Shown in pieces: positions 54,628 to 64,000 of a DNA stretch of 64,000 bases. How positions within the stretch are numbered: position 1 is the stretch's first letter; every line of letters starts with the position of its first letter. The stretch is from the NCBI GenBank assembly GCA_023399095.1, contig JAEWQS010000006.1, positions 4,550-68,549 on the forward strand, read 5' to 3'. This DNA is from Bacillota bacterium. Lineage in GTDB: Bacteria > Bacillota > Clostridia > Christensenellales > SZUA-584. Below the pieces are notes generated by a model. The model worked only from the letters and a program-made list of their open reading frames with translations, did no database searches and was not told the DNA's origin. Made by a program: the position numbers and the translations under genes.

Positions 54628-55467
54628 CTACATCAACAGGCTGCGAATCTCGTCTGCGCCAAAGACGTAACTTTTTCCGCATTTATTGCATCTCACTTCA
54701 ATATCTTGATTCTCTTTAAGTGTCCACTCCAGATCGCTGTTACCAAGGCCAAGCAGCATTTCCAGAATCATTTCCTTACTGCAGGTGCACATCAGCCGGA
54801 CAGGAAACTGTTCCACAACGTCAGTATCATAAAACATCGTCTCAAGTATCTTTTCTGATGAATTTGTTGGATCGGCAAACGTATTCGCGTGTGATTCAAT
54901 GCATTTATCCCATTCGTCTATCAAAGAATTTTCTGCAAATGGCAGCGCTTGTACCAGCACACCGCGGCTTAGCCTAACCATGGAATTCTGTACATTTTGA
55001 AAATATCGATATGTTGCCTTCGTTTGTTCACTCTGCGAGAAATAATGGGCCAGATTATTTGAGATATTGCTATCTATAATTTCAACAATTCCGGTAAAAG
55101 TGGTACCTCGTCCATTATCCTGGATAATTTTCAAAAATCCGTTATTGCCAATCATTTGTTCAAGATCAGCAAATTCTTTCTCGCGAAAATCATCTGAGGC
55201 ATAGCCTTGTATATTGCCGTTGGCATCCGCGCCGCAAATCAAAAACACCGAACTGTCTGAGGTTTCAAGTTTTATAGATATCTGTTTTGCATTTGTCATT
55301 ATGCCGCGCAGAATACAACAAAACGTCATGACTGTATAAAACACCTCGGAAGCAACGGCGCTGTTAAAATAATGAACTTCAAGAGCATTTAGCAGCAAAG
55401 TGTTATCGACAAGATAGATTCGTGCCTGCTTATCTTTTGTCAGCAATTTGTATAAGAACGTATCCAA
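54628..55467 (-). CDS. hslO: Hsp33 redox-regulated chaperone
   Basis: C-terminal zinc centre CTCS...CNKCG and typical length. Confidence 0.85.
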   Translation of the reverse strand: MDTFLYKLLTKDKQARIYLVDNTLLLNALEVHYFNSAVASEVFYTVMTFCCILRGIMTNAKQISIKLETSDSSVFLICGADANGNIQGYASDDFREKEFADLEQMIGNNGFLKIIQDNGRGTTFTGIVEIIDSNISNNLAHYFSQSEQTKATYRYFQNVQNSMVRLSRGVLVQALPFAENSLIDEWDKCIESHANTFADPTNSSEKILETMFYDTDVVEQFPVRLMCTCSKEMILEMLLGLGNSDLEWTLKENQDIEVRCNKCGKSYVFGADEIRSLLM

Positions 55468-55503
55468 ACTTTAAGTGCCTCCATTTTTATCAATTCACGC
55501 AAA

Positions 55504-56367
55504 TTACTGCTTTTGTTTTCGTACGTACTTGATAACCTCCATGCCCGCCTTGGCTCCTTGATACACCGCTTTTGCAATCTGCATCATACCGCCTGTACAG
55601 TCGCCCGCTGCATAGAGCCCGGGAATATTGGTGGCCATGTTTTCATCAACAACGATCTTCAAGCCCTCGGTTTCAGCGCCAAGTTTCTTTGCAAGATCAC
55701 TGCTGCCAGCCACACCGATTGCCACAAATACACCGGCTACGTCTAGAGAACTTCCATCCAAAAATTTGACACTGCTTAATGTCTCATCACCTTCAAAGGA
55801 TGCTATTTCTGTCTCAATAACCTGAATCTCTTTTGGAATCTGCGGAATAGCTCGTACTCCGTTTGTCAGCAACGTGACTGATTTCACGATTGGAAGCAGC
55901 TCCATTGCCTCATGGAGTGCGTATTCACAGCATCCAAGCACCGCGACATCTTTGCCCTTATAGAAAAAAGCATCACAAATTGCGCAATAGCTGATTCCTT
56001 GCCCCTCAAACCGGGTAAACCCCTCGATTTTCGGCGCTGTTCGGTTAGAGCCTGTGGCAATGATCACGCTTTGCCCCTTATATTCATTGTTATTTGTTTT
56101 GACAATGAAGCCATCCTCGTAACCGATATTGACAACCTGGTCACTTATGATTTGCGCGCCAACTCTTTGGGCCTGCGAAATACCGTCAGCAATAAGCTTT
56201 TCACCAGATACCGGAGTCGCAAATCCGTAATAGTTCTCAATCTTATCGGCTTTTGATAATGCGCCGCTGCTCTCCGAAATAATCAACGTTTGGAGCCTTG
56301 CGCGTGATGTATAGATGCCTGCAGATATCCCCGCCGGTCCAGTACCTATAATGATCACATCATTCAT
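55504..56367 (-). CDS. Thioredoxin-reductase-like flavoprotein with a CxxC redox centre, lacking canonical NADPH-binding motifs
   Basis: FAD motifs IIGTGPAG and AAGDC, and redox CAICD. GGGDSA is replaced by GCCEYA, and the HRRxxFR region reads LTNGVRA. Confidence 0.8.
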   Translation of the reverse strand: MNDVIIIGTGPAGISAGIYTSRARLQTLIISESSGALSKADKIENYYGFATPVSGEKLIADGISQAQRVGAQIISDQVVNIGYEDGFIVKTNNNEYKGQSVIIATGSNRTAPKIEGFTRFEGQGISYCAICDAFFYKGKDVAVLGCCEYALHEAMELLPIVKSVTLLTNGVRAIPQIPKEIQVIETEIASFEGDETLSSVKFLDGSSLDVAGVFVAIGVAGSSDLAKKLGAETEGLKIVVDENMATNIPGLYAAGDCTGGMMQIAKAVYQGAKAGMEVIKYVRKQKQ

Positions 56368-56698
56368 CGTTTTTCCCCTTCTATTATCTTTAGTTTTTCC
56401 GTCATCCGATTTCTACTTCTTCATTATTTTCGTTCATAAAACATCAGCATATCCATAATAATCAAACTTTGCTACACAGTATAGCTTTCTTATTGGAAGT
56501 ATGCAACAAAATACAAATAAATAACCTTTTGCTGTTCACAAAAGTCACAATACGAGATTGTGGTCTTTATCTTTGTTTAATATGAGAAAAAAGTCAGTAA
56601 CGTCTTAGAGCCTTCAATCGCATTGCAATATTTTTTACTATAAATGTTGAATAGATATCGTTTGCTCACAGATAATATTAAAAAAAGGAGGTAAAAAT

Positions 56699-56950
56699 AT
56701 GAATGGTAAAGTTGCAATAGAGCTGGGCCTCACCAACGTTAAAAGCTATCTGAATGAAAAGGGCTATTCTGTGGAGGACATAAATTTCGGTGATGTTTCT
56801 AAAGACCTTCAGAATTATGATGCAATCGTGGTGACAGGACAGAACTCAAATTTCCTAGGATATGAAGAAACCCAAACCAAAGCAGTTGTAATCAAAGCAG
56901 ATGGGTTAACACCAGAGCAAGTAGAAAACGAGCTTAATCAGATAAAATAA
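56699..56950 (+). CDS. YkuS/UPF0180 family small protein
   Basis: 83 aa; L..V...L...GY.V......D....YDA.VVTG pattern. AAAGGAGGT lies upstream. Confidence 0.6.
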   Translation: MNGKVAIELGLTNVKSYLNEKGYSVEDINFGDVSKDLQNYDAIVVTGQNSNFLGYEETQTKAVVIKADGLTPEQVENELNQIK

Positions 56951-56972
56951 TCGTTTTTTTATTAAGATTGAT

Positions 56973-57010
56973 AAGGCCACCCTGTTTAGTTAAATCAACA
57001 GGATGGCCTT
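56973..57010. terminator. Hairpin between convergent genes
   Basis: 14-bp stem AAGGCCACCCTGTT/AACAGGATGGCCTT with one mismatch and a 10-nt loop. Confidence 0.6.
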
Positions 57011-57044
57011 GTTATTATGCAGCGAAATTCTTTTAGCGCATCAA

Positions 57045-57773
57045 TTATTCTCCTTGAATGCGTTTTAGGTTACTTATGGCCAATTCACCAGCTTTTTTGA
57101 GAGCTTCTTCTGCTTTAGTGGGATCAGAGCAACTCATCAGAATGACAATACAATGCTCACCTGATAGTATGCTTATCCCCTGCGCTGAAATGAAAATGTC
57201 GTCTCCTATACGCCCAGTCAGTGCGGTGTTTGGATCAGAAAAAAGCTTCTTAAGTCCTTCATATAGTGTTTTAGGAGACATTTCCTCCCCACCAGAGCCA
57301 CCTGATCCTCCACCGGACTCCTTCTGTTGCCCGGATTCGGAGCCGCCGGATTCACCTGATTTCCCGGACTCACCGGACCCGCCTGATTGCCCAGACTCTC
57401 CACTGCCTTGTTTTAACGCACTCTGTTGTATCAAACAAACTTGCAGATAGCTCTTGGAATCTGGTTTTTCCGGCGCATAAAAACTGGTACTCAGACCAAG
57501 CAGCGGATATTCTTCACTAACCCCGGCTTTTACCGATTCGCCGATCAGCGTTACAGCGTCTTCCTTGGATATTAATTGCTCTGGCTTTATCTTCTTACTT
57601 TCGGAACCTCCAGAGCCTGATGCCTGCTTACTATCCGAACTATTGGCCTGAGGCGATTGCGAACTGCCAGGCTGAACTGTCGCAGAAGCGCCTTCAGATT
57701 CTCCACCTGAACAACCCGGCATTAATAAAATGATAGCTATTAATGTTAATATTAAACATAAAGTTTTCTTCAT
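57045..57773 (-). CDS. Lipoprotein with Gly/Ser/Glu-rich low-complexity linkers, function unknown
   Basis: Signal peptide with lipobox MPGCSG. A long (GSGES)-like tract sits between two small folded segments. Confidence 0.65.
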   Translation of the reverse strand: MKKTLCLILTLIAIILLMPGCSGGESEGASATVQPGSSQSPQANSSDSKQASGSGGSESKKIKPEQLISKEDAVTLIGESVKAGVSEEYPLLGLSTSFYAPEKPDSKSYLQVCLIQQSALKQGSGESGQSGGSGESGKSGESGGSESGQQKESGGGSGGSGGEEMSPKTLYEGLKKLFSDPNTALTGRIGDDIFISAQGISILSGEHCIVILMSCSDPTKAEEALKKAGELAISNLKRIQGE

Positions 57774-58039
57774 ATTAGGGCCCTCTTTTCTTTGAAGATC
57801 TTTGTTTTAAGTTTGTCACAAAACCTGGATTATATACCTTTTTCCATTTCTAGCTGGACAATAAATAAACGTGAAAAGCAGATATGCTTTTTGGATAGAT
57901 GAATATGCAAGGGGAAATGTATATAGTTATCTATCGTTAATTAATTCTTATCCATAAGCATCCTGACCTCTAATAAAAAGAGCACAGAATCTCGTTAATT
58001 TGAATATGTATGATGTATAACATATTTTAGGTGGTCCGT

Positions 58040-59026
58040 ATGATAACTATGTATGCTTTATTAAGCACTGTCAATGAAACCTCGGCACAGTCTGATAATA
58101 TTTATAAAATATTGTTCTACTCCCTGCTGGGGCTTATCTTGCTATCAGCCATCGCAATCCTGATTTATAAAAATTTAAGACAGCTCTCTCTGATATTTAA
58201 AAATGCACTTTCTTTGTTAAAAAGGTATACATCCAAAGCGTTCGTTAGTATAAAAGCATTGCTGACAGACCCAATTGCTGGATTTGCGTATTCAAAAGAG
58301 CAGGATATATTCTTTTCAACCATAAATGCATGGCAGAGAAACTTTGGTTATAGCCGTTTATACGATGAAGCAGCGCCACATTTTGCTATGATTGTTGATA
58401 GTGAACCCGTATACTTCGAATACGATAACAAAAGGTGGCTTATTGAATTTTGGAAAGGCCAGTATGGTTTGACAACAGGATGTGAAGTCGGCATCTATAA
58501 TACAAAACGACCCGAATTCAGCATCCCCGGTATTTTCAACGAAACCTTCTATGATTGTGCCCGCGATGAGGATATGCTATTTATCTCTTATACGTTCTAT
58601 AAAAATGGACAGGAGCTATTCGCAAGAGAAGACAAACATTGGTGGCTTACCGGCTTCAAACTCGGTGAATTCTCCCAGCCATCAGAGCTCTTTATGGAAA
58701 TATCAATCACACTAAAAGACGAAGCGATGCTTGATGCCTTTATAGAAGGGATGAGCAACTTAGGGTATATGAATGATGAAATGGATGTAAGTGATAAAAC
58801 AGTCCGATTTGTCTTCGGTGAACCGCACTCGACGCAACCGCATTCACGAACCAAAGAGCTTGAGGATTTCATGCAAAGTTACAACAAACAAAACTGCGAT
58901 TTATTCAAAGAGTTAACCCAAGATTATAACGGTACTCCATCAAAGCTCATCGCACTCCGTAAGAAGGATCCTTCTTTATACAACAGTGTTCTAAACTTCG
59001 GTGGGATAAAGAGGATTACCCGGTAG
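58040..59026 (+). CDS. DUF4474 domain membrane-anchored protein
   Basis: N-terminal TM helix. FGYSRLYDEAAP...YFEYDNKRWLIEFWKGQYGLTTG.E.G.Y matches the DUF4474 core as I remember it. Confidence 0.6.
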   Translation: MITMYALLSTVNETSAQSDNIYKILFYSLLGLILLSAIAILIYKNLRQLSLIFKNALSLLKRYTSKAFVSIKALLTDPIAGFAYSKEQDIFFSTINAWQRNFGYSRLYDEAAPHFAMIVDSEPVYFEYDNKRWLIEFWKGQYGLTTGCEVGIYNTKRPEFSIPGIFNETFYDCARDEDMLFISYTFYKNGQELFAREDKHWWLTGFKLGEFSQPSELFMEISITLKDEAMLDAFIEGMSNLGYMNDEMDVSDKTVRFVFGEPHSTQPHSRTKELEDFMQSYNKQNCDLFKELTQDYNGTPSKLIALRKKDPSLYNSVLNFGGIKRITR

Positions 59027-59060
59027 TACAGAATTGAGCAGTGGTCAAAGAGGAAAGAGT

Positions 59061-59957
59061 ATGTCCGATTTAAAACGTCTCACAGAGATTTTCGATTCTG
59101 CCAAAATCATAGATTTTGACGATTCAACAAAAATCGTTATGATGAGCGATTGCCACAGAGGTGATGGAAGCTGGGCTGATGATCTGTCGCGGAATGAGAA
59201 TATCTACTATTCCGCGCTGCAATATTATCTAAACAACGGTTACATATATTTCGAGCTGGGTGACGGCGACGAGCTTTGGGAAAACAGAGAATTTTCTTTA
59301 ATTACAGAGGCGCACAAGGATATTTTCCTGCTGCTACAAAAGTTTCACATGCATAAGCGGCTATATATGATATACGGCAATCATGATATGGTAAAGAAGG
59401 TTAAAAAGTTTGTTGATAAAGAACTTAGCCTCTATTCCGGTCTTAATAGGAACGGGTCTATGTTAGAAAACATCACTCCATATGAAGCCTTGGTCCTGCG
59501 GCATTCACAGACGAGAAAGCATATATTTCTAATACATGGACATCAGGTGGATTTCCTTAACAATACACTCTGGAAAGTCGCAAGATTTCTTGTTCGTCAT
59601 CTTTGGCGGCATTTGGAATCCATGGGATTCAACGATCCAACAAGCCCAGCCAAAAACAACAGTAAGAAATCATCAGTAGAGTCAATTCTGATAAAGTGGG
59701 CGCAGAAAGAAAAACATATGCTGATTGCCGGACATACCCACAGGCCAATGTTCCCAGATTTGGGCGATCCTATGTATTTTAACGACGGAAGCTGTGTTCA
59801 TCCCCGTTGTGTAACGTCTATCGAGATTACCGAGGGAAATATGGCTCTCGTTAAATGGTGTATCGGCACCACGCAAGAGGGTATATTACACGTCAGAAAA
59901 GAAGTATTAGCCGGGCCTGAAAAAATACAGGACTTCTATTCGGCTATCGATGGATAA
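59061..59957 (+). CDS. Metallophosphoesterase family protein
   Basis: Motifs SDCHRGDG, GDGDELWEN, GNHD, HGH and GHTH. AAGAGGAAAG lies upstream. Confidence 0.75.
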   Translation: MSDLKRLTEIFDSAKIIDFDDSTKIVMMSDCHRGDGSWADDLSRNENIYYSALQYYLNNGYIYFELGDGDELWENREFSLITEAHKDIFLLLQKFHMHKRLYMIYGNHDMVKKVKKFVDKELSLYSGLNRNGSMLENITPYEALVLRHSQTRKHIFLIHGHQVDFLNNTLWKVARFLVRHLWRHLESMGFNDPTSPAKNNSKKSSVESILIKWAQKEKHMLIAGHTHRPMFPDLGDPMYFNDGSCVHPRCVTSIEITEGNMALVKWCIGTTQEGILHVRKEVLAGPEKIQDFYSAIDG

Positions 59958-60154
59958 AAATCTTATTTATTAATGCCCAATCGGGCAAAGCTCACCTTTG
60001 CTTATATAGCTACCGTAACACGGCAGGAAATTACATTCAAGGTCTTAGAGCGTAAGCATATTCTAACTTGTTAATATTGACGCATTATGTAAGTTGAATA
60101 TATAATACTATCATAATTTGCTTATAATTGTTAATTATTCAAAGAGGTATTGAT

Positions 60155-61063
60155 ATGGCATTAATTAATTGTCCCGAATGCAACAAAGAAATATCTAATT
60201 CCGCTATATGTTGCCCATATTGCGGATTTCCAATAAAGAATGAAATAAAGAGGAGAAAGCTTTCAAAAAAAGCGCGTATATTATTGATTATCATTCCTGT
60301 TTTCATGGTGCTTATCGGTATATGTCTATATTTTGGATTACAATACATCAAAGAACAGGAACAAAATAAAGCAATAAATGTAGTTTCTTCTTTAATAACT
60401 AATGGTCAAATCCCAGAAGCGGAGAATCAATTTTCGCAAATGCAATCTAAAGAATTTAGCGAAGAACAACTTAATGAACTTGCCACTCAATTTGATCAAT
60501 ATTATCTTGAGTTGGCACAAACCGCAATTGAATCTGGTAATTTTATAGCCGTAAAAGATGCTATGAATAACATCCATGGTTTTGTAGATACGTCAAGTGT
60601 CGAGTCTGATTTTGATTATGCTATACTAGACAAAATTGACAATGATGTTCAATTGATAAATACGATGATAGATGACTGCAATACTTTTGCTCAGGAATGT
60701 TCAGATGTATACAACGGAATGTTGTATGGCCTATACGATATTGATACAGCAAATAACAAATTACTTGAACTAAGCTTAAACTCAAACTCCAGAAAAGCAA
60801 TTAATTATGACATAATTGATATAAAGGATTCTATCCATAATCTAGAAATCTTATTTCCTAGAGAAATTATTGAAGATGACTTTTTGGAATTGTATGATTT
60901 CAACATGGAGGCGCTTACAAAAGCCTATGATTTTAGTTTAAATTTTCTAAGTGATCCAGAAAGCCAAGAGAATGACCTTCTAGACCTTTCACAGACACTA
61001 TCTAATATTGAAGAAGCAGCTTCGAATCTTCGATCAGCGACATATGCTAAGTACGCTAAATAA
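60155..61063 (+). CDS. Zinc-ribbon domain protein with a single TM helix and a helical extracytoplasmic domain
   Basis: N-terminal CPECNKEIS...CPYCGF zinc ribbon, followed by a TM helix. Confidence 0.65.
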   Translation: MALINCPECNKEISNSAICCPYCGFPIKNEIKRRKLSKKARILLIIIPVFMVLIGICLYFGLQYIKEQEQNKAINVVSSLITNGQIPEAENQFSQMQSKEFSEEQLNELATQFDQYYLELAQTAIESGNFIAVKDAMNNIHGFVDTSSVESDFDYAILDKIDNDVQLINTMIDDCNTFAQECSDVYNGMLYGLYDIDTANNKLLELSLNSNSRKAINYDIIDIKDSIHNLEILFPREIIEDDFLELYDFNMEALTKAYDFSLNFLSDPESQENDLLDLSQTLSNIEEAASNLRSATYAKYAK

Positions 61064-61167
61064 ATGTTGCTATTAATGACAGTTTGCGAATCTGACTATT
61101 TAATTTATAGAGACTATGTAGAACTTCAAAAAAGATCCTACAAAATTCTTATAATTGAGAACGTTAG

Positions 61168-62628
61168 CTATTGTAGGATATCAGCTTTGCTTACCTTTCG
61201 AAGTCTTCCCTTGATGGGGGTTGTCTGAAGCTCTCGGAATACCATTTCACCTTTGTTGTTTAAAATTTCCACGTATGTGGATACATCTTTGATATTGATA
61301 ATCCCGATATCAGATGCAGTCATTCCTTTAATATTGCATAGTGTACCTACGATATCCACTGGTCTCATTTTTGTTTTTTTACCCGCATTGATATGTAGTT
61401 TGATTATTTCTTTGTTGAGCCTAAGGCCTTTTGTTTTTTTAATTTCAGGTGAAGTATTTATTTTATTTGCAAATTCCGACTTGAAATGATCAACCGTTTC
61501 TTTTTTCGGTTTCTCCTTCAAAATAATATTTTTTCCTATATATTGCTCAATCGCACTTAGAAATTTGTTTTCATATTGTGTTACAAATGAAATAGCTCTT
61601 CCCGTGTTCTCAAAACGTCCAGTTCTGCCAATACGATGAACATAGCTTTCACCGTCCAGCGGCAAATCATAATTGATGATAAGCGTAATTGAATCCACAT
61701 CTATGCCTCTGGCGGCTACATCTGTCGCTACAAGATATCGAAAACAACCTTTTTTGAAAGAATTCATGACTCTTAAACGATCGGACTGTTCCATGCCGCC
61801 ATGTATCTTCTCACAGGTATACTTAAGATGTGAAAGCCCGCTGCTGACTTCATCGACCTTTTGTTTTGTGTTGCAGAATATAATACAGCTATCCGGGTTT
61901 TCCACGATTATGGTATCTTTAAGCAGCTGCATTTTGTCTTTAGCATCAACATCATACCGCTCCTGAGATATCTTATCAGCTATCGTGTTTTGTTCTTCAA
62001 CCTCTACTTGCACAGGATCTTTCATATATTTTTGACATAGTTCTTTTATATCTTTGGGTATTGTAGCCGAAAATAACATCGTTACATGCTCTTCTGGCAA
62101 GCTCATTATTATGGTCTCTATTTGATCTATAAAACCCATTTTCAACAGCTCGTCCGCTTCATCGATCACAAGATATTTGATACTGGACGTGTTTAAAGTT
62201 GCTTTTTCAATATGATCGATTATTCGGCCCGGCGTTCCCACCACAATATGTGTTTTTTGCTTAAGCTCCTTTTCCTGAATAGAAAAAGGGGCTTTGCCAT
62301 AAACCGCAGATACCTTTAGCCTTTTAAACCTGCCTATATTAAAGATGTCTTCTTTCACCTGTATCGCAAGTTCCCTTGTTGGTGTGATAACCAAAGCTTG
62401 GGGTTTATTTTCGTCCCAGTCCACTAGCTGACAAACAGGTATGGCAAATGCCGCAGTCTTTCCGCTCCCCGTCTGGGACTTTACGATGATATCCTTCTGC
62501 TCAAAAACAGCCGGTATAACCTGCTGCTGGACACATGTGGGGTTATCAAAATTAAGCATGCCAATGGCTTTTAATAATTCATTGCTTAATGGATAATCAC
62601 TAAAATTGGCTTTTATCAGTCCCTCCAT
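61168..62628 (-). CDS. DEAD-box ATP-dependent RNA helicase with a DbpA-type C-terminal RNA-binding domain
   Basis: Q motif, GSGKTAAF, DEAD, SAT and HRIGRTGR. C-terminal LHINAGKK..MRPVDIVG. Confidence 0.9.
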   Translation of the reverse strand: MEGLIKANFSDYPLSNELLKAIGMLNFDNPTCVQQQVIPAVFEQKDIIVKSQTGSGKTAAFAIPVCQLVDWDENKPQALVITPTRELAIQVKEDIFNIGRFKRLKVSAVYGKAPFSIQEKELKQKTHIVVGTPGRIIDHIEKATLNTSSIKYLVIDEADELLKMGFIDQIETIIMSLPEEHVTMLFSATIPKDIKELCQKYMKDPVQVEVEEQNTIADKISQERYDVDAKDKMQLLKDTIIVENPDSCIIFCNTKQKVDEVSSGLSHLKYTCEKIHGGMEQSDRLRVMNSFKKGCFRYLVATDVAARGIDVDSITLIINYDLPLDGESYVHRIGRTGRFENTGRAISFVTQYENKFLSAIEQYIGKNIILKEKPKKETVDHFKSEFANKINTSPEIKKTKGLRLNKEIIKLHINAGKKTKMRPVDIVGTLCNIKGMTASDIGIINIKDVSTYVEILNNKGEMVFRELQTTPIKGRLRKVSKADILQ

Positions 62629-62811
62629 GTTGCCCTTTCATTTTTACATAAGTGAAAAACATATAAGAAATTGGTCCATTTAGTCTTTGCGGATATTTAT
62701 AATAATACGTCAAGCTATGCAATAAAGTCTATGTTTATTATGGTATTTGCCCTATCATAATATCGCTTCTTGCCTCGTATGGATAGCTAAATTTGGAGCG
62801 ATTCTAATTTA

Positions 62812-63126
62812 CTACCTGTCCTCTTCTTGTCTAATTCCAATTATCTTTTTTATACTTTTTTCTCTTTTGATCATTTTCTTAATTTCATTGACTCTTCTTT
62901 GCTCTTTGCCCTCAGTTCCAGTTTCTATCTGTTTCGTAATTTGTTCTTTATTATCCAAAGATGTTTTGTTTTGAAGCTCTAAGAAATCCCCTATTGCCTC
63001 GGGGTACAGAAATTTCTTCTCCTCTTTTGTTTCATTAAACAGCACCATAATATAATCGTCTTGAGATTCGACGATTGTACCCATGCCAAACTTATTATGT
63101 TTAACAACTTCACCAAGCAGATCCAT
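62812..63126 (-). CDS. Hypothetical protein (104 aa; small beta-rich N-domain and Lys/Glu-rich tail)
   Basis: ORF only. Confidence 0.4.
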   Translation of the reverse strand: MDLLGEVVKHNKFGMGTIVESQDDYIMVLFNETKEEKKFLYPEAIGDFLELQNKTSLDNKEQITKQIETGTEGKEQRRVNEIKKMIKREKSIKKIIGIRQEEDR

Positions 63127-63382
63127 GTTTTAGCCTCATTATCTTTTTATACTTTAGATTATACCACTTTTTTAATATAAAATCCTTCTAAATATTATCA
63201 TAATAAACGTTAAGAATTTTTTTACGGGCTAGGTATAAATATTTGTAAAAGCGACCTTGATGACTACTGCTATCCTTTCAGCCTCAAGAAACTAAAGGCA
63301 ATCATTCGAGCAGAATGCTGATATAATGCGGCGTCGCGTTCTTCGACCATGCAATTTTGCGAATTTAGCATTTAAGCAATAG

Positions 63383-63408
63383 AAAAGGCACATTAGCTGG
63401 TGCCTTTT
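63383..63408 (-). terminator. Terminator hairpin after the cold-shock gene
   Basis: 9-bp stem AAAAGGCAC/GTGCCTTTT with an 8-nt loop. Confidence 0.5.
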
Positions 63409-63426
63409 CTCGATCGCGTTTAACAC

Positions 63427-63624
63427 TTAGGGTATTATGACATTTGAGGCTTCCGGCCCACGCTGCCCCTTTACGACATCAAATTGAACTTTTTGCCCCT
63501 CATCCAGGGATTTATACCCTTTGGACTGAATAGCGGAAAAATGGACAAACACATCCCCTCCGCCTTCCTGTTCGATAAACCCGAAGCCTTTATCTGCATT
63601 AAACCACTTTACTTTTCCGAACAA
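63427..63624 (-). CDS. Cold-shock protein (CspA family)
   Basis: [15 protein letters not shown] (RNP1) and VFVHFSAI (RNP2). Confidence 0.92.
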   Translation of the reverse strand: MFGKVKWFNADKGFGFIEQEGGGDVFVHFSAIQSKGYKSLDEGQKVQFDVVKGQRGPEASNVIIP

Positions 63625-63900
63625 TTTTTTCTCCTCCAGAATTAGATTAAACGAATGTTTCGTTTATTATTATTTTGCTGCTTATAACCATAAGTTATTC
63701 TAATATTTTTTACGTCTAATCGTATAATTGTTTGAATTTTTAGCCGTATAAACATGCCAAAAAGAGCCCGAAAGATCTCATATCCAATACGCTCTCTCAA
63801 CCTCGGAAAATTTCGAAACATTAATCTGCCTTCTAGCGATCCTTATAATGCTCCCATAAAATGCGACACAAAAACGAGATGAATAAGTTATAATGGAACC

Positions 63901-64000
63901 ATGAATAAGAGAACACAGTACACAGCCGAATACAAGGCGAGCGTGGTGCTGCGGGTGCTGCGCGAAGAAGAAACGGTGGCCGAAATCGCGGCATCCGAGG
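63901..64000 (+). mobile_element. IS3-family transposase orfA, N-terminal fragment (continues beyond the right edge)
   Basis: MNKRTQYTAEYKASVVLRVLREEETVAEIAASE is the typical IS3/IS911 OrfA HTH N-terminus. Confidence 0.6.

Overview
This 64-kb chromosomal segment comes from an anaerobic, spore-forming Firmicute. The gene content is Clostridia-like: a GerA-type germinant receptor operon, alpha/beta SASPs, Tlp, Rex and an [FeFe]-hydrogenase-type operon. Coding density is high and most genes are on the minus strand. I saw no rRNA, tRNA or CRISPR array. The only mobile-element signal is the first 100 nt of an IS3-type transposase orfA at the right edge. Recognisable housekeeping genes are rny (partial), nadD-yqeK-rsfS, mscL, rex, eno, galT-galK-galE, hslO, a cold-shock protein and a DEAD-box helicase. 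The main finding is a two-gene family 2A encapsulin locus at 26681-29086. It pairs an HK97-fold shell gene with an overlapping SufS-type cysteine desulfurase that carries an N-terminal cargo-like extension. The shell reading frame is broken by an apparent 1-nt frameshift near 26860-26892. The second finding is an unusual hydrogenase-type operon at 31279-36940. It encodes a NuoE-like subunit, a NuoF-like subunit fused to a GltD/NfnB-like NADPH module, and a HydA-like subunit. The HydA-like subunit has TSCSP in place of the H-cluster motif TSCCP and carries a C-terminal coiled-coil tail. An orphan OmpR-type regulator lacking the phospho-acceptor Asp is transcribed divergently from this operon. 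Other findings:
- a repeat-built protein with an Arg/Gly/Pro/Phe-rich half, a Cys-rich segment and a poly-acidic tail
- a split three-gene CoA-activase-like module
- a TrxR-like flavoprotein lacking NADPH-binding motifs
- several small spore-protein-like ORFs, one of which is absent from the ORF track

All functional calls rest on motif and family recognition by eye. No database search was run.
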